Shown here one piece after another: positions 37,740 through 45,323 of a DNA stretch of 62,800 nt (positions are counted from its first letter, which is position 1; each line of letters begins with the position of its first letter). The stretch is taken from assembly GCA_017859335.1 (NCBI GenBank), contig JAFMNH010000001.1, positions 1 through 62,800 on the forward strand, in the 5' to 3' direction. Under the pieces are notes generated by a model that was not told the origin of the DNA, ran no database searches, and saw nothing but the letters and a program-made list of their open reading frames with translations. Source of the DNA: Rhodothermales bacterium (lineage in GTDB: Bacteria; Bacteroidota; Rhodothermia; Rhodothermales; UBA10348). The translations under genes and the position numbers were made by a program.

Positions 37740-39559
37740 GCGTTCAGACCTGGACCTTCCTCTTTGTCGGCGTCACCTTCGGGCTCTATCTGGTCATCGC
37801 ATGGCTTGCCAGGGTATCTGACACGAAAGGATTCTACGTGGCCGGTCAGGGTATCCCTGCTGCTGCCAATGGCATGGCAACAGCTGCCGATTGGATGAGC
37901 GCGGCCTCGTTCATTTCCATGGCGGGCATCATCTCCACCCTTGGTTACGCAGGTGGGATGTATCTGATGGGTTGGACGGGCGGCTATGTGCTTCTGGCGC
38001 TCCTCTTGGCTCCCTATCTGCGCAAGTTCGGTCACTTTACCGTGCCCGATTTCATTGGCGATCGGTATCACTCGAACACGGCCCGCATCGTGGCCGTCGT
38101 CTGCGCCATCTTTGTTTCCTTCACCTACGTGGCCGGCCAGATGCGCGGCGTGGGTATTGTCTTCTCCCGCTTTTTGGAGGTCGATGTAAACGTTGGCGTC
38201 TACATCGGTGTGGCCATTGTCTTCGTATATGCTACGTTAGGCGGCATGAAAGGCATTACCTGGACGCAGGTGGCACAGTATTGGGTGTTGATCACAGCTT
38301 TTTTGACGCCGGCCATTGCTATCAGTTTGCAGTATACAGGGGCCGCCATTCCCCAGATTGGGCTGGGTAGTGAGCTCATAGGAGAAGGCACAGCACTGCT
38401 CGAGAAGCTCGACCAGATTCATGCCGATCTCGGGTTTGCCTCCTACACGGAGCCGTTCATCGGCAGTTGGGACAAATTGAATGTCTTCTGTGTGGCCTTG
38501 GCCCTGATGGCTGGTACCGCCGGCCTACCACATGTCATCGTCCGTTTTTACACAGTAAAAAATGTGGCAGCGGCGCGTTGGAGCGCTTTCTGGGCGCTGC
38601 TCTTCATTGCCCTGCTCTACCTGACGGCCCCTGCCATTGGCGCTTTTGCACGCTATGCCATGCTCGATGGGCTGCATGGAAAGACAGAGGCCCAATTGCC
38701 GGAATGGTTTCATTCGTGGGAGCAGACCGGGCTGATCCTGTGGCTGGATGATGGCGATGGGGCGCTCTCCTATACGGGCACCGCGTCCAATGAAATATTT
38801 CGTAGCGGCAATCTGGGTACGGCGCAGGTGGCGCAAATCAAGCAGGATCACGAGCAATGGTTGCGTGGAGAGGCTTCCGGGCGTGACGGTCGGGCCGTTC
38901 TGAGGCAAGCCGGTTTGAGTGGGCCTGATCGGGATATCATTGTTTTGGCAACCCCTGAGATGGCTGGCTTGGCGGCCTGGATTATCGCCTTTGTGGCTGC
39001 CGGAGGCCTGGCCGCCGCACTGTCTACGGCAAGTGGTCTCCTTCTGGTCATTTCATCGAGCGTGGCGCACGATATCTACTTTCGGATCGTGAACACGGAG
39101 GCCACGGAGGGTCAGCGATTGCTTGTGGGTCGTGCTGTTATCGGTGTGGCCGTCATTGTTGCCGGCTTCCTCGGAATCTATCCACCCGGATTCGTCAGTC
39201 AGGTAGTGGCGTTTGCTTTTGGCTTGGCAGCAGCAAGCTTCTTTCCGGTCATCGTACTCGGCATTTTTTCCAGACGCGTCGGTACGGTCCCGGCTATTGC
39301 TGGGATGATTGCCGGGATTGGTTTCACGGCCATCTACATTCTTGGCAGTGTCTACGGCGGATGGTCCCATTGGGCTTTTGGTATTGGACCGCAGGGCATA
39401 GGAGTCGTGGGTATGGCGCTCAATTTCCTGGTTACCCTTACGCTTACCCCATTCTTTCCTGCGCCGGATCAGAGCATTCAGGATCTCATCCTCTCGATCA
39501 GAGAACCTGAAGGTGCCGGACCCGGACTCAATATCGATCGGAGTGTGGAGGCTGATTGA
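37736..39559 (+). CDS. Sodium:solute symporter family transporter (VC_2705 / ActP-like subfamily)
   Basis: 607 aa with about 13-14 TM segments. SSF motifs are present (GFYVAGQGIPAAANGMATAADWMSAASFISMAG; GLPHVIVRFYT). It is paired with DUF4212. Confidence 0.9.
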   Translation: MSVQTWTFLFVGVTFGLYLVIAWLARVSDTKGFYVAGQGIPAAANGMATAADWMSAASFISMAGIISTLGYAGGMYLMGWTGGYVLLALLLAPYLRKFGHFTVPDFIGDRYHSNTARIVAVVCAIFVSFTYVAGQMRGVGIVFSRFLEVDVNVGVYIGVAIVFVYATLGGMKGITWTQVAQYWVLITAFLTPAIAISLQYTGAAIPQIGLGSELIGEGTALLEKLDQIHADLGFASYTEPFIGSWDKLNVFCVALALMAGTAGLPHVIVRFYTVKNVAAARWSAFWALLFIALLYLTAPAIGAFARYAMLDGLHGKTEAQLPEWFHSWEQTGLILWLDDGDGALSYTGTASNEIFRSGNLGTAQVAQIKQDHEQWLRGEASGRDGRAVLRQAGLSGPDRDIIVLATPEMAGLAAWIIAFVAAGGLAAALSTASGLLLVISSSVAHDIYFRIVNTEATEGQRLLVGRAVIGVAVIVAGFLGIYPPGFVSQVVAFAFGLAAASFFPVIVLGIFSRRVGTVPAIAGMIAGIGFTAIYILGSVYGGWSHWAFGIGPQGIGVVGMALNFLVTLTLTPFFPAPDQSIQDLILSIREPEGAGPGLNIDRSVEAD

Positions 39560-39649
39560 TTCGTTTGCCTCAGTGGCACCCTTGAGACCCACCGAGCGTG
39601 CCGCCCCGGGTCACACCGCGCGGTACACGCATCGCACAGGCCCCGGGCA

Positions 39650-40837
39650 TCACACGGACACGAGTGGAGACGGGCCCACGTGTCCAACCTTTGTCCTGTC
39701 CCAGGGCTGAAGAGGGAGAGTACCGGCCGCTTCTCTGATGTGTCCAACTGGCAAACCAAGTGCTGTAGACTTGATTTCGCTTACGATCAGTTCCTCAGCA
39801 CGTACGACCCACTCCCGGAAGGCGGTTTGGTCGCTTGGACTGATTTCGCGAAGTCGACCAAGGTCAAACATGACCGAGGAGCGCGCGCTACCCATCAGCG
39901 TAGCATCAACCGCATTGCATTGCTGCTCGATGTGGGTCGGTACCATCAAGAGGGGCTTCCCGAGCCACATGGCTTCAGCCATGGTTTCAAACCCTGCCGT
40001 CGTAGCCACGCCGGAGCATTTAGCCATCATCCGAAGAAACAAGGTGTCGTTCAGATGATGGAGTACGAGGTTGGGCAGAACGGGGTCGTGCTCTTTCTTC
40101 TGCGGGTGAGGCAGGAAACAGCGAACGGACATGTCCCGGTTCTCCTCGCACCACTCGCGTATTTCGTTCAGCAGGCTGGCCTGCCAGACGTACACAAGCA
40201 GAAACGAAGGCTGCGTGGAGGAGGGCTTCAGTCCAAAGAGCTCTTCGCGCAGAATGGGAGGCACAACACGCAGCTTGAGGGCCGGAAGGTCCTGAGCCGG
40301 GTAGAGGCTGAGTGCAAGCAGACGATCGGCACCCCACGAGGTCAGTCGCGTGAAGAAAAGCATACCTTGCCGCTGCAGGTGCGTTCCACTCGAGAACGGA
40401 TAGCGCGGGTGATGGAACATGTACTGGTGGGCAATGGCCACTTTGGGTATGCGCAGATCCGGAGAAAGAAACCCGAAGAGAGGATCGTAGAAATTGATCA
40501 CTACATCCGGCTTTTTCCGCTTGATGGCCGCCTCCATGGAACGGACGCTCTTCACGTAGCGACCGGCCAGACGCCCGGCAGAGAGGGTGGTATTCCATAC
40601 ATCAATGGAACGCGCAGAGGTCTTAAGCTTGATGGTCGGACTGGCGTGTGAGGTAACGGTACACCCCATTTTTTGCTGGAAAAATTCCGGGACAATGGCA
40701 CCCTCTCCATGCCCGACCTCGCACCCGACCACGTCGTGGCCGGCACGCCGCAGCATGTCTGCCAGCACTATGGCTTGGGTCATGTGTCCACGGCCTTCGC
40801 CCTGAACATTGAAAAAAACCTTCAGACCCATCTTCAT
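39650..40837 (-). CDS. GT-B glycosyltransferase (GT1/GT28-like, MJ1255/TIGR00661-like)
   Basis: N-terminal VFFNVQGEGRGHMTQAIVLADMLRRAGHDV, and a C-terminal nucleotide-sugar-binding half (SGVATTAGFETMAEAMWLGKPLLMVPTHIEQQCNA). Confidence 0.8.
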   Translation of the reverse strand: MKMGLKVFFNVQGEGRGHMTQAIVLADMLRRAGHDVVGCEVGHGEGAIVPEFFQQKMGCTVTSHASPTIKLKTSARSIDVWNTTLSAGRLAGRYVKSVRSMEAAIKRKKPDVVINFYDPLFGFLSPDLRIPKVAIAHQYMFHHPRYPFSSGTHLQRQGMLFFTRLTSWGADRLLALSLYPAQDLPALKLRVVPPILREELFGLKPSSTQPSFLLVYVWQASLLNEIREWCEENRDMSVRCFLPHPQKKEHDPVLPNLVLHHLNDTLFLRMMAKCSGVATTAGFETMAEAMWLGKPLLMVPTHIEQQCNAVDATLMGSARSSVMFDLGRLREISPSDQTAFREWVVRAEELIVSEIKSTALGLPVGHIREAAGTLPLQPWDRTKVGHVGPSPLVSV

Positions 40838-41730
40838 GCCTCTTTTGACCGTGTAAGCAAGAGCTCGGGGGTAGCTATGTACGGCACCTTGCCTGGCAGG
40901 CCGTCCCCGTGAATGAACAGTTCTTGCTGATCCAGTGAAGTCCGTCGTTCCGGGTCAAAACGCTCCCGCGTGGCCACATCGGTCCAATCGAGGATTTCCA
41001 ATGTGCCATCCATGTGCTCAACCAGTGCGGTGCAGCTTTCCACCCAGTCGCCTGTGTTCAAGTACAACGTGTTGTCGATGGGGCGCATTTCAGCTTGATG
41101 GATGTGTCCACATACCACACCATCGACGCCCTCCTGTTGGGCCCGCTCTGCCACGAGTGTTTCAAAATCGTCGATATACTGTAGGGCCTTTTTCGTGCGC
41201 TTTTTCAGGTAGGCAGAGAGGGACCAGTAGGGCCGGCCCATGGCCAGTCGGACCCTGTTGAAGACGCTGTTCAGGCCGAGTGCGAACCCATATGCAATAG
41301 CTCCCAGGACCTGGAGCCAGCGCGCATACCGGATGATGCCGTCAAACTCATCCCCGTGAAGCACCAACAGCCGCCGGCCATCGGCCAGTGTGTGGACACA
41401 TTCGCGTTCCACCAGGATGTCTCCGAATCGAAGACCTGTATACTCACGTGCAAATGCATCGTGATTGCCCGGGATGTAGACTATGCGGGTTCCTTTCCGG
41501 CTCTTGCGCAGCAGTTTCTGAACCACATCATTGTGTGCCTGCTTCCAAAGCCAATTGCGGGACAGGGCCCATCCGTCAATGATGTCCCCGACCAGATAGA
41601 GTCTTTCTGACTCGACACATTTCAGAAAGGACAGCAGATCCTCGGCGCGGGAATGTTTGGTGCCCAGGTGGATATCCGAAATCCAAATGGTTCGTAGAGT
41701 CGCGGGATCGCGCTCAACGGAGAATGACAT
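40834..41730 (-). CDS. LpxH-family metallophosphoesterase (UDP-2,3-diacylglucosamine diphosphatase-like)
   Basis: IWISDIHLGT, YLVGDIIDGW, YIPGNHD, LHGDEFD and VCGHIH are the calcineurin-like/LpxH motif series. The stop forms an ATGA overlap with the glycosyltransferase start. Confidence 0.85.
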   Translation of the reverse strand: MSFSVERDPATLRTIWISDIHLGTKHSRAEDLLSFLKCVESERLYLVGDIIDGWALSRNWLWKQAHNDVVQKLLRKSRKGTRIVYIPGNHDAFAREYTGLRFGDILVERECVHTLADGRRLLVLHGDEFDGIIRYARWLQVLGAIAYGFALGLNSVFNRVRLAMGRPYWSLSAYLKKRTKKALQYIDDFETLVAERAQQEGVDGVVCGHIHQAEMRPIDNTLYLNTGDWVESCTALVEHMDGTLEILDWTDVATRERFDPERRTSLDQQELFIHGDGLPGKVPYIATPELLLTRSKEA

Positions 41731-41897
41731 GGGGGTTCAGGCTTATTATCCGGGTGACGGGATGAATTCAGCTGAAGCCTACCCTCGGGATAGTACCCTA
41801 CCGTTAGCTCTGCGTTAACAGATTGTGACCATAAGTTGAGCCTGGGACTGGTTTGATCCGTCGTGCATGCTGTGTTTGCAGCACAACGCCGGGTGGG

Positions 41898-42992
41898 TCA
41901 GGACCGTACGGGGAGCTCTACCGCGACGCGGGTCTTTTCGCCTTCTTTGCTCTTTATGGACATGCCCCCGCCGTGCAATAGGGCAATCTTTCGGCAAATG
42001 GCCAGACCCAACCCGAGGCCAGGATGATTGACATCCCGCTCACCGAACTGCGTAAAGGCGTCCACCCTTGCTATTTCCTCGGCGCTCATGCCTTTTCCGT
42101 GGTCGGTCACTGCCAGGCCGAAGCGCTGGGGAGCAAACGCTGCTACCACCTCCACGTGTTGCCCAGGCTGGCTGTACGTGAATGCGTTGTCCAGCAGTTC
42201 GGTCAGGATCCGTCCCAGATAATCCGATCCCATGGTAATCGTCCCATCCTTGATATCCAGCTTGAGATCTGTTTGCCGCCCGCGCACCTTGGCCAGCGCC
42301 ATGGCGTGGTTTCGCAGAAAAGCCTCTACCGATGGTAATTCAGCATCCGAGAGATGAGCGCGGGCGGCGGTATCCTTCTCCAATCGGGAAAGCTGATAGA
42401 ACAGGCTGAAATTGTCTACGGCTCGACGCATACGCCAAGCAGCTGCCCCCAGCTGCTCGCCAACGCGTCTCAGTTCTCTGGCTTCAAGGGGTGCATTGGG
42501 GCTGGTCAGCAGCTGCGCAAACCCGGAAATAGAGCGAAGGGGTTCGGACAGTTCTGCCGGCAGAAGAACGCTGACACCCGTCTCGGTGGTTGTGGTATTA
42601 CGCGTCTGTATGGAGGCCGCCTCGTACCGCTTGCGCAGTTGGGCGCCGACGGCGTTGAGTAACTCGGTAGCGTTGAAGGGTTTGGGCAGATAGTCATCGG
42701 CACCGAGTGTCATGCCTTGGCGGTGGCCGCCCTTGCTCGAATAGCCCGTCATCATGATGACGGGGATGACCGCGGTGGCCGGTTCGCTGCGAAGCGTCTG
42801 AAGAACCTGATAGCCATCCGCACCGTCCATCACGACGTCCGAAATGACAAGGTCCGGTACGTAGGCGCGTGCCTTGTCGATGCCCTCGAGGCCATTGACA
42901 GCCAGGAGCGTTTCATGACCTTCCTCGGAGAGGACCTCCGAGACCATGTCGCGGTACATCGGATCGTCGTCGATGACTAGGATGCGGGGCAT
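41898..42992 (-). CDS. REC-domain protein fused to a histidine-kinase-like DHp/CA module that lacks the H-box histidine
   Basis: REC (ILVIDDDP...DLVISDVVMDGADG...KPFNATELL). The DHp helix LLPAELSEPLRSISGFAQLL aligns to ..SHELRTPL..I.GF..LL with Ala at the His position (codon GCA, 42555-42557). The N box (ELLDNAFTYS), G1 (DHGKGM) and G2 (GLGLGLAI) are intact. Confidence 0.9.
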   Translation of the reverse strand: MPRILVIDDDPMYRDMVSEVLSEEGHETLLAVNGLEGIDKARAYVPDLVISDVVMDGADGYQVLQTLRSEPATAVIPVIMMTGYSSKGGHRQGMTLGADDYLPKPFNATELLNAVGAQLRKRYEAASIQTRNTTTTETGVSVLLPAELSEPLRSISGFAQLLTSPNAPLEARELRRVGEQLGAAAWRMRRAVDNFSLFYQLSRLEKDTAARAHLSDAELPSVEAFLRNHAMALAKVRGRQTDLKLDIKDGTITMGSDYLGRILTELLDNAFTYSQPGQHVEVVAAFAPQRFGLAVTDHGKGMSAEEIARVDAFTQFGERDVNHPGLGLGLAICRKIALLHGGGMSIKSKEGEKTRVAVELPVRS

Positions 42993-43002
42993 ATGGGCGT
43001 GC

Positions 43003-45303
43003 TCAGGCGTGTTCGAATGTCAGGGTGCCATCACGCGCCGTCAATACCCAGCGCGGATGCGTCTTCAGTTCTCCCGAGAGAAGTTTGCGACTGAGAGGGA
43101 TCTGGACGAGACGCTCCAGGGTGCGGCGCATTTCCCTGGCTCCGTATTCCGGATTGTATCCCGCATCGGTCAGCAGGTCTCGGGCCGAACCATCGACAGA
43201 GAGCTCGACCCCATGCTGTTTCTTGACATGGGCCTGCATCTTTGCAAAGAGCCCGTCGAGAATGGCTCGGATGCTGTCGGCCGAGAGATGGACAAAGGGG
43301 ACAATCTCGTCGATCCGGTTGATCAATTCAGGTCTGAACCACGTCTTTAGGGCCTCATTGATGGCGTTTCGGTCCGCAGATTCGTCTACGTCAGGACGCA
43401 CGTTTGTCGTCAGGATGAAAATACAGTTCCGGGCATCGCAGAGCCGACCCTTGGCATCCGTAATGCGTCCCTCATCGAAGACCTGCAGGAAGACGTCGTA
43501 GACACGTTGGTGCGCCTTCTCCACCTCATCCAGGAGTACAACGCTGTACGGTTTGGATCGGATCTGACCAGTCAGTTGGCCCTCCTCCTCACTGCCCACA
43601 TATCCGGGTGGCGAACCGATCAGTTTGGATACGGTGTGTTCGCCCTTGAACTCGGACATGTCGAAGCGGATCAGGTTCTTGTCGGAACCGAAAAGGAACA
43701 GGGCCAATTGCTTGGCCAGTTCCGTTTTGCCCACCCCCGAAGGACCCAGGAAGAGCATGGTTGCCAAGGGCCCACGCCGCTCCATGACCGGCGCGTGGGC
43801 CAGTATCATGCGCTCGGATACTTGATGGATGGCTTCATCTTGTCCCTTCAGAGAGCGGCCCAGGAAGGCTTCCATCTCCAGCATGCGCGCTCCGCCATGA
43901 TCGCTGAGGTGACTGGCCACGATATCGCGGGGCATCCCCATCTTCTGCGCCAGCACATGCGCGATATCCTCCGGTGTGACGACCTTGCCGGAGAGTGGGC
44001 TGCCCATGTCCGCTGACGTTTGGAAGTCCGCTGGGTTCATGGACAGTGCCGAAACGGTAGCCTGAGCACCGGCACGGTCGAGCAGATCAATGGCCTTGTC
44101 CGGAAGGCGATGGTCCACATCCAAGCGCATGGAGAGGTCAACTGCCGTCTCGATGGTTTCGTCCAGGTAGGTGGCCTGATGGTGCTTGGCCAACCCCCGC
44201 GCCACGCCCTTCAGCATTTCGATAGCTTCTTCGCGCGGCGGTTCGTCCACCCGGACCCGCTCAAAGCGACGATCCAGCGCCGGGTCCTTTTCGATGAAGC
44301 GACGATACTCATCGATCGTAGTGGCACCGATCAGTTTGAGGGTACCTCGGGCCATGGCTGGTTTGAGCAAGTTGGCGGCATCTGCCGACCCGCCGCCAGC
44401 ACCCATGATCGTGTGGATCTCATCGATGAAAAGGATCAGGTCATCATCCTCACTGGCCTCCTCGATGATTTTCGTCAGTCGCTCTTCAAACTGTCCACGC
44501 AGGGAGGTGCCGGCCAGAAGGGACCCCATATTCAGCTCGATGATGCGACGACCACCGAGAACCTGGGGGTCCTTGCCTTGCACGGCGCGCAGCGCGAGCG
44601 CCTCCACCACGGCACTTTTACCCACCCCGGGGTCCCCGACCAGAACGGGGTTGTTTTTTTTCTTCCTGGCCAGCGCCTGAACGGTTTCGAGAATTTCCTG
44701 GCGCCGGCCAATGATGTCAGGAATGCGTCCCTGCCTGGCCTCCTCGGTCAGGTCCTTTCCGAACTGCTCCAGGAGTCGCTCCCGACCGGTGCCTTCGGGG
44801 TTCGACTGGGCCGCGGCCCGCGGTGGCGCGGGCCGCGCGGATCCCGAGGCAGGAAGGCCCGCTTTCTCCCGAAAGCTCGTATGGTCACTGCCTACACGTC
44901 GGAGAGCACGAAGAACGTCCTCATCCGCATCCTCCAGCGTGGCCGCCAAAAGGTGGATACTGCTGATGGCATCCTGTCCGGCGATGCTTTCGGCACGCTC
45001 GAACACAAGACGCGTCCGTGGACTGCGGTGAATGACGCCCCCGGAAGCATGGGAAGAGGGAACCGTATGCTGCACCTGAGCGGCCCGATGGACGGCAGAG
45101 GGCAGACACCCGGCGGCAGCAAATGCCGTCTTGAGGGCCGTCGTCTCCTCATCGGCCTGCAATGAACCATCGAGGACAGCTTGAGCGCTGGCGGCCAGGG
45201 CGGCCAATACGTGCGTGGGTTCGATATGCTGTGCCCCACTTCGAGCAGCCTCGGCAGCAGCCCGCTTCCAGACGAGCCGGGTTGTCGTTGTCAATTCAGC
45301 CAT
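43003..45303 (-). CDS. Clp/Hsp100-family double-AAA+ ATPase; ClpA-like length, with no M-domain and no ClpP-docking tripeptide seen
   Basis: Two Clp_N-like repeats. D1 has Walker A GDPGVGKS and Walker B LILFIDEIH. D2 has Walker A GPSGVGKT and Walker B VVLLDEVEKAH. The Walker A motifs are about 296 aa apart, which is ClpA-like. The loop after LTTN (VRPDVDESADRNAINEALKTW) has no IG[FL]. Confidence 0.9.
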   Translation of the reverse strand: MAELTTTTRLVWKRAAAEAARSGAQHIEPTHVLAALAASAQAVLDGSLQADEETTALKTAFAAAGCLPSAVHRAAQVQHTVPSSHASGGVIHRSPRTRLVFERAESIAGQDAISSIHLLAATLEDADEDVLRALRRVGSDHTSFREKAGLPASGSARPAPPRAAAQSNPEGTGRERLLEQFGKDLTEEARQGRIPDIIGRRQEILETVQALARKKKNNPVLVGDPGVGKSAVVEALALRAVQGKDPQVLGGRRIIELNMGSLLAGTSLRGQFEERLTKIIEEASEDDDLILFIDEIHTIMGAGGGSADAANLLKPAMARGTLKLIGATTIDEYRRFIEKDPALDRRFERVRVDEPPREEAIEMLKGVARGLAKHHQATYLDETIETAVDLSMRLDVDHRLPDKAIDLLDRAGAQATVSALSMNPADFQTSADMGSPLSGKVVTPEDIAHVLAQKMGMPRDIVASHLSDHGGARMLEMEAFLGRSLKGQDEAIHQVSERMILAHAPVMERRGPLATMLFLGPSGVGKTELAKQLALFLFGSDKNLIRFDMSEFKGEHTVSKLIGSPPGYVGSEEEGQLTGQIRSKPYSVVLLDEVEKAHQRVYDVFLQVFDEGRITDAKGRLCDARNCIFILTTNVRPDVDESADRNAINEALKTWFRPELINRIDEIVPFVHLSADSIRAILDGLFAKMQAHVKKQHGVELSVDGSARDLLTDAGYNPEYGAREMRRTLERLVQIPLSRKLLSGELKTHPRWVLTARDGTLTFEHA

Positions 45304-45323
45304 GAGCGCAGGAAGGTGAGGAT

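Noticed and set aside
44020-45165. A 381-aa ORF on the + strand inside the Clp ATPase gene. Similar long antisense ORFs occur at 46839-47828, 50716-51822, 60121-61149, 61247-62557, 33066-33782, 39680-40651, 36215-36784 and 16776-17351.
   Set aside because: All lie antisense to genes with unmistakable family motifs. Their translations are Arg/Gly/Pro-rich low-complexity sequence with no recognisable motifs. Long shadow ORFs of this kind are expected in GC-rich coding DNA.
43003-45303. Interpretation of the Clp-like ATPase, the Ser/Thr kinase and the PP2C as a T6SS ClpV/PpkA/PppA regulatory set.
   Set aside because: No T6SS structural genes (TssB/C, Hcp, VgrG, TssK and others) and no FHA protein are present anywhere in the window. 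The PP2C is of the SpoIIE/RsbU type and lies 13 kb away.
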